Positions 27,854-35,155 of a DNA stretch of 52,704 nucleotides are shown here, piece after piece. The number at the start of each line of letters is the position of its first letter. Position 1 is the first letter of the stretch. The notes beneath the pieces are model-generated. The model was given only the letters and a program-made list of their open reading frames with translations. It searched no databases and was not told where the DNA came from. Source of the DNA: Nanobdellota archaeon (GTDB taxonomy: Archaea > Aenigmatarchaeota > Aenigmatarchaeia > QMZP01); NCBI GenBank assembly GCA_043814765.1, contig JBDRJQ010000035.1, positions 1 through 52,704 on the forward strand, written 5' to 3'. Both the position numbers and the translations under genes were made by a program.

Positions 27854-27939
27854 AACTTCCCTCGTCTTTTTTAAATTAGAAAAGGAGTTTAATAATATAA
27901 TATGCTGGGGTGGCGGAACGGTAACGCACTGGTCTCGAA
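27843..27939 (+). repeat. 97-bp perfect direct repeat, copy 1
   Basis: Identical to 29059-29155; covers the ttuA start, the intergenic promoter and the tRNA-Ser 5' exon. Confidence 0.92.
27904..27939 (+). pseudogene. Truncated tRNA-Ser(CGA) 5' half (positions 1-37) followed by a decayed intron-repeat start
   Basis: GCTGGGG...CTGGT-CT-CGA-A then TAAACCTTTCGAAAATAGG; no 3' exon follows. Confidence 0.8.
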
Positions 27940-28016
27940 TAAACCTTTCGAAAATAGGAAAACATACTATCGATTAAAAGAATTAACAATTTATATAACA
28001 GAAAACAATTATAACC

Positions 28017-29000
28017 ATGAAAAAAATCTGCTGTTTTCTTTATTTCCTATTTTTTGCTCTTTTTTTATCAACATCTGTCTTTGCTCAGACCGATGAAGAT
28101 ATATACAATATGCTGGATTGTTGTTCATTGACAACAACATGCTTTACTGAAGGCGGAGTAGCCACATATAATAAAGTGTGCTTAGCCAACGCTTATTTGG
28201 TGGAAAAGCTAGGCATAAATTGCAGGCAAATACAAGAGGCTACAGAGGGAGACAAAGCATTGGAGATAGAGTTGTTCGGTACCCGATGCGCAGTATTTGA
28301 AGCAGAATCTATATCCTGTTATGACGGTACATGCCTACCGCTAGGTTGCTGCCACATATCAAAATACTATAAAAATGATGTCTCAGGCAATAGCTTCAGC
28401 ATGTCAGAAGAAGAATGCTATGATCTAGGAACAAACAGTGAATGGGAAGTTGGGTCATGCGATTGCGAGACAACAAGAGTATGCATAGGAACTAAAATCA
28501 TGAAAACCAACAGTGACTGCACGTTGTCTTCTAGAGACTGCACTGATAATGCCAAAGAAGATGATGTAGTACACGACAATCCACAATGCACGCAATGGAC
28601 TACGCTGCTTGGATTGCAAGATGCAAAATGCGAGTGCAGTGAGGCATCATGGTGCATAAGCCCCACCGAAATAAGATGGCTATCAACAGATTGCAGTGTA
28701 CACATAACTGATTGCTATAACATGAATTATGGTCCGTATATATATTTATGCTTCCCATTAAGCCATGATAAGGCAAGCTGCAAAAGTGTTGTTCTTCCGC
28801 ATGATGAGCAACCAGGTACTATACCAAGCGGCATAGAGGATTCTGCAGAGCCAGCAACAGGATGGGGAGCCTTTCCTCTGACTGATTCAGCTATAGCGCA
28901 AATAAGCATAATAACAATAACCATTTTAGCAATATTGGTTCTTTATGTGACAAGATCTTCAAAAATTTTTGCCGGCAAAGGCAAAAAAAGAAAGAAATAG
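28017..29000 (+). CDS. Cys-rich secreted, membrane-anchored protein
   Basis: Signal peptide (VFA-QT), many Cys, GWGAFPL, TM helix, KGKKRKK tail. Confidence 0.8.
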   Translation: MKKICCFLYFLFFALFLSTSVFAQTDEDIYNMLDCCSLTTTCFTEGGVATYNKVCLANAYLVEKLGINCRQIQEATEGDKALEIELFGTRCAVFEAESISCYDGTCLPLGCCHISKYYKNDVSGNSFSMSEEECYDLGTNSEWEVGSCDCETTRVCIGTKIMKTNSDCTLSSRDCTDNAKEDDVVHDNPQCTQWTTLLGLQDAKCECSEASWCISPTEIRWLSTDCSVHITDCYNMNYGPYIYLCFPLSHDKASCKSVVLPHDEQPGTIPSGIEDSAEPATGWGAFPLTDSAIAQISIITITILAILVLYVTRSSKIFAGKGKKRKK

Positions 29001-29069
29001 TCGTCTCCACAATTTACATGTCTTGCAGACTTCCTGTGCCGAAGGCTCGCCACATTTACATTTCTTCAT
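28959..29069 (-). pseudogene. Internally collapsed ttuA-like remnant (MKKCKCGEPSAQEVCKTCKLWR...)
   Basis: The first codons of ttuA are fused to a homolog of its last 18 codons (16/18 aa identical, mostly synonymous DNA changes). Confidence 0.75.
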
Positions 29070-29155
29070 AACTTCCCTCGTCTTTTTTAAATTAGAAAAG
29101 GAGTTTAATAATATAATATGCTGGGGTGGCGGAACGGTAACGCACTGGTCTCGAA
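29059..29155 (+). repeat. 97-bp perfect direct repeat, copy 2
   Basis: Identical to 27843-27939. Confidence 0.92.
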
Positions 29156-29320
29156 AAAACCCTTTTCAAGAAAAGGTTTAATCCAAAAGGAGCTAACGCT
29201 TCCAAAAAGAGAGAACCAGCGCCCTCTGGGCTTGCAGGTTCGAAATAAACCTTTTCCAGAAAAGGTTTAATCCAAAAGAAGGCTGAAGCCTTTCATGGAA
29301 CGGAAATCCTGTCCCCAGCG
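29120..29320 (+). tRNA. tRNA-Ser(CGA) with two introns: 58 nt at 37/38 (29156-29213) and 62 nt at 59/60 (29245-29306)
   Basis: GCTGGGG/CCCCAGC-G acceptor, CTGGT/ACCAG stem, long variable arm; both introns carry repeat A. Confidence 0.9.
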
Positions 29321-29380
29321 TATTTATGTCTTTTCATCGAATTGATATAATAGTTGATGGCGAATGCTGTCTAGGTTGTA

Positions 29381-29560
29381 GGGTCCGTGGTCTAGTTGGT
29401 TATGACATCGCCTTGACGTGGCGGGGATCGCCGGTTCGAAATAAACCTTTTTCAAGAAAAGGTTTAATCCAAAAGGAGCGAACAGCATGACGGCTTTATT
29501 CAATCGATATAAGCCGTCCAATTATATTCGCTTCCTGGGGACGGAAATCCGGCCGGACCC
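29381..29560 (+). tRNA. tRNA-Val(GAC) with a 106-nt T-loop intron at 59/60 (29441-29546)
   Basis: GGGTCCG/CGGACCC-A acceptor, TT-GAC-GT loop, GCCGG-TTCGAA|T-CCGGC. Confidence 0.9.
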
Positions 29561-29650
29561 ACTTCTTTTATAAATTATATAAGCTCTATATTGGAAATAA
29601 TAGATATGCTAATGACTTACATCGTTTTAATCTAGTCATTTCAACTGTAT

Positions 29651-29777
29651 GCCCCTGTAGTGTAGTCCGGCCCAGCACTTCGGGTTTTCGAGCTATGTTC
29701 GAAAACGTTGAGACAACTTGCGTTGTCGATGATAGCGAAAATACCCGACAACCCGGGTTCAAATCCCGGCGGGGGCA
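29651..29777 (+). tRNA. tRNA-Glu(TTC) with a 52-nt intron at 37/38 (29691-29742)
   Basis: Clean BHB: TTTT/GAAA central helix and GCTAT/ATAGC outer helix. Confidence 0.92.
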
Positions 29778-29818
29778 TATTTATTCTTATAAACCAAAAA
29801 CGATATTATCCTACATAT

Positions 29819-29983
29819 GCGGGAGTTTCCGAGCGGCCAAAGGAGCAGGGCTTAGGACCCTGTAGCTTAGTGCTTTCGCAGGTTCGAATCCCAATCCCTT
29901 TCTTTAAAAAGAAAGGTCTAGGGCTTACCCCCAAAGAAACAATCTACCAAGATTGATCGGGGACGGAAATCCTGCCTCCCGCA
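29819..29983 (+). tRNA. tRNA-Leu(TAG) with an 81-nt T-loop intron at 59/60 (29889-29969)
   Basis: GCGGGAG/CTCCCGC-A acceptor, CAGGG-CT-TAG-GA-CCCTG; the intron ends GGGGACGGAAA. Confidence 0.9.
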
Positions 29984-29985
29984 TT

Positions 29986-30831
29986 TTATATTTTATAGAT
30001 ATTGTGAATGCTTTCCAAGTCCTTTATTCTTTTCTCTGCAGAAATAGCTGTTCTGAAGAAATACCAAAACATTTTTTGTAGCCACTCTATCCATTCAGGG
30101 TCATAGATTTCATAGAATAATAGAAGATAATCATCCAGTTCGCCTTTAGCATAATCAGTCGGGTCTTTCATCTCCCTGAATCTGGCTTTATTATCATCGA
30201 CAATAAATCCTCTCAGAGGATGCTCCCTGTGACGTATTTCTATAACAGTCTTGCCAAGCTTTTCGTTTATCTTCAATGCCTTCTTAACATTCTTCATGCT
30301 ATCGATTGTTACTCTTGTTAGTATTTTAACCGAAACATTGTTTTTTGCCAGATCTTCCAAAACATCTATAATTTTTTTGCCTCCTTCATCCAAATTTATC
30401 CATGAAAGATTTCCTGAAAAACTTAGAACCTGTTTTTGTGCAGTTTCCAAATGATCTTTAAGAATATCGTTTACCTTTTCCTTTCTCTTGTTTATCATAA
30501 CCGCATTTCTTTTGCTGTTATCGACATACTGGTAAATGTCAAACGGAGAGAAATCCATTTTTTTACTGCGTTCTATCTTTTTGAGCAGCTTTTCCTGAAA
30601 CTCAAATGAATGAATCTTTTCAATATTATTCCAATACACTATTTTTAGCGCTCCTTTAGTGCCTCCTCTAAAAGTTCTTACAGAAAGACTTCCCTTCTCC
30701 TTTGCAATGTTTTCTACATATCTGTCAGCAGTACGCCAGTTCTTAGAAATGAGTAATGCTACCTCTTGCACTGTTCTCGGTTTCAAATAAACAAAATCGT
30801 TTATCTTCTTTACGATTTTAGAGTCTAGCAT
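29986..30831 (-). CDS. Putative TrmB-like regulator (N-terminal HTH, PLD-like C-terminal domain)
   Basis: PRTVQEVA...WRTADRY helix-turn-helix; SFSGNLSW and RGFIVDD motifs. Confidence 0.65.
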   Translation of the reverse strand: MLDSKIVKKINDFVYLKPRTVQEVALLISKNWRTADRYVENIAKEKGSLSVRTFRGGTKGALKIVYWNNIEKIHSFEFQEKLLKKIERSKKMDFSPFDIYQYVDNSKRNAVMINKRKEKVNDILKDHLETAQKQVLSFSGNLSWINLDEGGKKIIDVLEDLAKNNVSVKILTRVTIDSMKNVKKALKINEKLGKTVIEIRHREHPLRGFIVDDNKARFREMKDPTDYAKGELDDYLLLFYEIYDPEWIEWLQKMFWYFFRTAISAEKRIKDLESIHNIYKI

Positions 30832-30924
30832 CAGTATTATAATTATCTTTAAGATTTAAAAGTACAACACTATGAATAAATTCTGTCATTAATTGTGATA
30901 AAAAATACAACAGTATAACAAATC

Positions 30925-31824
30925 ATGGAACTAAAATCTGCTCTTTTGGAACAGAAGCCCACCACTTCTTTTGGTTCTCACTTGGTTGCGGGAGAAATGG
31001 GTGATCTGATAAATATACACGAATACAACTTCACTGTTAATAAAATGAGAGAATTCTTTATCTCAAGAGGATTCGTTGAAGTACCTGTTCAATCCAGGTT
31101 GTCTATACTAGCCGCTTGCGAAGACCCTGAAACAGTTAGAACATTTGAATTTGGTAATGCTGTCTGGCCGTTGCCACAGACAGGTCAAGTGTGGCTTGAA
31201 TATGAATTACTAAATAACCCAGATGTTAATGGAGTTTTTTGCATATCTACAAGCTATAGAGATGAACAAAATCCTATAGAGGGCAGACACGATAGGATAT
31301 TTCCTATGTTTGAGTTTGAGAGCAGAGGAACAGTTCAAGATCTAATGCAACTGGAAAAAGATCTTCTAACGCATATGGGCTTCACTAGTTTCATGAAGCA
31401 GGTAAGCTACAACGATGCAGCAAAATTCTACGGTGCTGAAACAGTAGAGGCAGAACATGAAAATAAAATGACAGCAGATTTTGCTCCGATAGTATTCCTT
31501 ACAGACTTTCCAATGAGAAGCCATCCGTTCTGGAATATGAAGCAACTGGATGCAGATAGGTTCGCAAAAGTCGATGTAATTCTACATGGAATGGAGACAA
31601 TTGGAAGCGCTGAAAGAAGCTGTAATCCAGAAGAGATGAAAAGCAACTTCCACAGCGTCAGCAACGGACAGTACGCAAATCTTCTGTTCAGCCAGTTCGG
31701 CAAGGAAAGAGTGCAAAAAGAACTGGAATCGTATCTGAAGCTGGCAATGACCCCGCGCTTCGGTGCAGGTATCGGCGTAACAAGAATGATAAAAGCACTG
31801 AAGACAGAAGGCGTACTTAACTAG
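30925..31824 (+). CDS. Class II aaRS (Asn/Asp/Lys)-like catalytic domain without an anticodon-binding domain
   Basis: Motif 1 FFISRGFVEVP, motif 2 YRDE...RH..FPMFEFE, ETIGSAERS, motif 3 GAGIGVTR; 299 aa. Confidence 0.85.
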   Translation: MELKSALLEQKPTTSFGSHLVAGEMGDLINIHEYNFTVNKMREFFISRGFVEVPVQSRLSILAACEDPETVRTFEFGNAVWPLPQTGQVWLEYELLNNPDVNGVFCISTSYRDEQNPIEGRHDRIFPMFEFESRGTVQDLMQLEKDLLTHMGFTSFMKQVSYNDAAKFYGAETVEAEHENKMTADFAPIVFLTDFPMRSHPFWNMKQLDADRFAKVDVILHGMETIGSAERSCNPEEMKSNFHSVSNGQYANLLFSQFGKERVQKELESYLKLAMTPRFGAGIGVTRMIKALKTEGVLN

Positions 31825-31918
31825 AATTTTCATTTTTAAACTATGCTTCACTATTTTTAGCTATGTATCGGTTTTGGGGTTCAGACCTTTTAATCCCATA
31901 TAACCGAAAAGGGTTGAT

Positions 31919-33001
31919 ATGAAAGCATATGTAGCTAGCTGTATTGTAGGTGTTTTTGCCTATGACGAAAAGGGTAACTTAATAGACAAAGTGTTATTTC
32001 CAAAAAAGATTGACGAAATAGCCGATAGACTTAGAAAAATCAAGGAAGGCGAAATGGTAAAGGAAGAGCATAAACTAGCAAAAACTCTTGGAATGGCTGG
32101 TTACGATGAAATTGTTTGGAACAAGCACTGCGAAGTTTCTGGTATAACTTGCATGTTTGAAAAGGATCATCTGGGCGAAGAGAAACTTCAATCAGAATTC
32201 AGAGAGTATGCTATAAAGTATAAGTGGTCAAGTACACAGGCAGAGATAAACGAAATTCTAACAAAGGTTAACATTGCACTAACTAAAACAAAACTACAGG
32301 AAGTTAAGAAAGACAGAATAATAATGCAGTCTATAAGCGCGCTAGACGAACTTGACAAGACAATTAATATTTTTTCAGAACATCTTACAGAGTGGTATGG
32401 TTTACATTTCCCTGAGCTCTTCAGACTGGTAGGTTCTCATGAACAGTATGCTAAACTGGTATTTGAAAACGGTGACAAGAAAAACATTCCAAATCCTAAA
32501 CTCAACAAAATAGCTGAGAAATCTGGTGGAATGAGTTTCAGTGAAGATGACTTGAAAAGCATCCAAACTTATTCTAAATCCATATTAGATATGTTTGGAA
32601 TGAAAAAGGAGATTACAAAGTATATAGAAAAAGAAACTCAGGAAAATTTTCCTAATATTTCAGCAATCGCAGGACCACTATTGGCTGCAAGGCTTCTGAA
32701 TTATGCTGGTGGATTGGAAAGAATGGCAAAGATGCCTTCATCCACTATTCAGCTTCTAGGAGCTGAGAAAGCACTGTTCCGCCATCTCCGCGGAGAAGGC
32801 AAGGCACCAAAGTTCGGCATCATATTCGGCCATCCTTACATCCAGAAAGCAGACAAGGACAAGAAAGGCAAGATATCTCGTTTGATAGCATCAAAATTGA
32901 GCCTTGCGTCAAGGTTTGATTACTTCTCCAAGGAAGACAAATCCAAGGAACTGGCAGAAGAATTGAAAAAACAAGTTGAAAGGATTTTTGGGAAAGAATA
33001 A
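31919..33001 (+). CDS. nop5: Box C/D RNP scaffold Nop5 (Nop56/58)
   Basis: EWYGLHFPEL, LAARLL and PSSTIQLLGAEKALF...PKFG motifs. Confidence 0.95.
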   Translation: MKAYVASCIVGVFAYDEKGNLIDKVLFPKKIDEIADRLRKIKEGEMVKEEHKLAKTLGMAGYDEIVWNKHCEVSGITCMFEKDHLGEEKLQSEFREYAIKYKWSSTQAEINEILTKVNIALTKTKLQEVKKDRIIMQSISALDELDKTINIFSEHLTEWYGLHFPELFRLVGSHEQYAKLVFENGDKKNIPNPKLNKIAEKSGGMSFSEDDLKSIQTYSKSILDMFGMKKEITKYIEKETQENFPNISAIAGPLLAARLLNYAGGLERMAKMPSSTIQLLGAEKALFRHLRGEGKAPKFGIIFGHPYIQKADKDKKGKISRLIASKLSLASRFDYFSKEDKSKELAEELKKQVERIFGKE

Positions 33002-33074
33002 AAGAACTGCTAACCAAGTATAATTCAATAGAATTTTTGGTGTTTTTATAGCAAAGAAAAAAATTTCGCTTGAT

Positions 33075-33545
33075 TTGAAGAATGAACGTAAATTTCTAGT
33101 ATTCTTTTTAGCAACATTCTTCTTATTGTTTTTCAGTTTTTTGTCATATTCAGGTACAATGGAAAATATAGGTATGGGTATAAAAGTTTTTGAAACCGAA
33201 TACCCCAATGATTTTACTTATATGAAAAATCCAGCTGCAGTTTACTGCCACGAGATACTGGGATATGAATACAAAACAATTGAAGAGCCAAATGGTCAAA
33301 GAGGAATATGCATAATGCCTGACAGTAGTGAGTGCCCTTCTTGGCAATTTTTTGCTGGAAGATGTGGTGATGAATTTTCTTTTTGTGCTGTTAATGGTTA
33401 TGACACCATAACAAAGACTGATGGCAAAAATCCATTTAATCATGAATACGCTTTTTGCCTTTCAAGTAATGGCAAAGAAATAGGATCAGCTACAGATCTT
33501 TCTAATATGGTTGAAATAATAGCCGATTGTACAGGAGGTGTTTGA
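33075..33545 (+). CDS. Secreted DUF333-type Cys-rich protein
   Basis: Signal/TM helix; NPAAVYC...GIC.MPD..EC..W motif. Confidence 0.75.
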   Translation: MKNERKFLVFFLATFFLLFFSFLSYSGTMENIGMGIKVFETEYPNDFTYMKNPAAVYCHEILGYEYKTIEEPNGQRGICIMPDSSECPSWQFFAGRCGDEFSFCAVNGYDTITKTDGKNPFNHEYAFCLSSNGKEIGSATDLSNMVEIIADCTGGV

Positions 33546-35155
33546 TGCGCTTAATTATTATAGCATTCATGGTATGTTTGATAGCTTTACCTATTGCCTT
33601 AGCCGACGATAATACAATCTCATCAAGTTTTGATTGGAGAGATTGCAAAGGCTATGATTGGATGACAACTGTAAAAGATCAAAGCACCTGTGGTTCCTGC
33701 TGGGCATTTGCTGTTGCTGGAGTAACCGAGGCTTTGCAGAATATCCGAAACAAAAATCCTAACATAGACCCAGATATATCAGAAGAATATTTAGTTTCTG
33801 ATTGCTATGCATCAGGTACTTGCTGTGGTGGCTCGCCATCAGGCGCTTTTAAATATATAATTGAGAATGGCATTTCTGACGAGTATTGCATGCCTTATGG
33901 CGAGTATGGTTGTAGCTGTGGAAATCAATGCAGTAGTTGTGGTTATCCCTTTATCTGTAGCAACAGAATATGCTCTCTTAACAGATGCAAAGATTGGTGG
34001 AACAGGCTTGAGTGGATAGATTCTTATGGAAAAGTTCCAAATGATCAAGGAAAAATAAAAGCAGAACTTATGATCAATGGGCCTCTTCTTGCTGTATTTT
34101 CAATGGAAGGCAGTTTTGATGCTGATACTTATATTTACAGATGTGATGAAGAGATAGCCCCTATTAACCATGCAGTTGTTATTGTCGGGTATGATGATAT
34201 AGGTGGTTACTGGATTGTAAAAAATTCATGGGGTGATGACTGGGGTGCAGACCATGACGGCTACTTTAAAGTAGGGTATGGGGAATGTTTTATAGAAGAA
34301 AATGTTCTCTATGCTGATGTGGAGGTGCATAATACTGGCGCATGCGAAGACATAATAAGAATCCAATACGCTAAACATATGGAAAAATACTGGAAAAATA
34401 CACCAGATGCAGTTGGCTTTTTTTCGGGGTTTCCCCAAAAGTTTCTGATTGATTTTCCTGATATAGAACTTGATAATTTCTACATTCTCTCATCACAAGG
34501 TAAATACGAAAACAAAGAATATGAACAGGGAACGATATTCGCCATTTATAATAACCAGCTACTGATATCTAACCTGCAATCTGTTAAACTTAAAAGTGAT
34601 TATGACAGTCCAGAAACAACAGTTCAAATCGAATATAAAACAGCAGGCTATGATTATCCGATTGTTTACATTTATGAGTGGCTGCCGGATTGGGGCCTGA
34701 ACGTTTTTGATGTAAAGGCTTCATTTTTCTTTTTAACTGTTGTTGAGCCTGAAGCATCAGGCGGGCTTGCAGTACTACCATGCAGTCCTCCGTACAGCTT
34801 TACCGTTGCACCATACAAACAGAGCGATTATGAGGCAGGCAATTACATAACAGGGCTTTCTGATATAATAATATCAGCAAAAGATTATAAGCCATCAGGC
34901 AATCTGGTTTTGGAAGGTGGAAGGATTTTTTATAGAATTGATGGTAGTCAAACCGAGTTTGGAAGCCCCTATGGCAATGAAAAAAATAAATTCAAGATAA
35001 TTGGATGTTGCAACATTCATACCATACCAGGCACTTTATGGGGTTGGGCAGCAGGACCTTTAGGAGGATCCTATAGTTTAATTCTTACAAGTATGTTAAT
35101 AGTAATATCAACTCTAGTGTTTAGTTTTGGTTACCTGTACAGAAAAGTTAAATGA
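33545..35155 (+). CDS. Papain-like C1A cysteine peptidase, secreted and membrane-anchored
   Basis: DWR, QSTCGSCWAF, NHAVVIVGY and KNSWG; C-terminal GWAAGP motif plus TM helix. Start at ATG 33545, overlapping the upstream TGA. Confidence 0.92.
   Translation: MRLIIIAFMVCLIALPIALADDNTISSSFDWRDCKGYDWMTTVKDQSTCGSCWAFAVAGVTEALQNIRNKNPNIDPDISEEYLVSDCYASGTCCGGSPSGAFKYIIENGISDEYCMPYGEYGCSCGNQCSSCGYPFICSNRICSLNRCKDWWNRLEWIDSYGKVPNDQGKIKAELMINGPLLAVFSMEGSFDADTYIYRCDEEIAPINHAVVIVGYDDIGGYWIVKNSWGDDWGADHDGYFKVGYGECFIEENVLYADVEVHNTGACEDIIRIQYAKHMEKYWKNTPDAVGFFSGFPQKFLIDFPDIELDNFYILSSQGKYENKEYEQGTIFAIYNNQLLISNLQSVKLKSDYDSPETTVQIEYKTAGYDYPIVYIYEWLPDWGLNVFDVKASFFFLTVVEPEASGGLAVLPCSPPYSFTVAPYKQSDYEAGNYITGLSDIIISAKDYKPSGNLVLEGGRIFYRIDGSQTEFGSPYGNEKNKFKIIGCCNIHTIPGTLWGWAAGPLGGSYSLILTSMLIVISTLVFSFGYLYRKVK

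Noticed and set aside
27904-27960. Trans-spliced split tRNA half
   Set aside because: There is no GC-rich complementary extension, an intact copy lies 1.2 kb away, and upstream DNA is duplicated too. A recombination scar fits better.
28997-29007. ATAGTCGTCTC matches a family B arm at the cassette junction
   Set aside because: It is a single 11-nt arm with no partner and could be chance.
27902-29956. Short ORFs over tRNA genes (27902, 28969, 29324, 29708)
   Set aside because: They overlap well-supported tRNAs or repeats and have no protein features.
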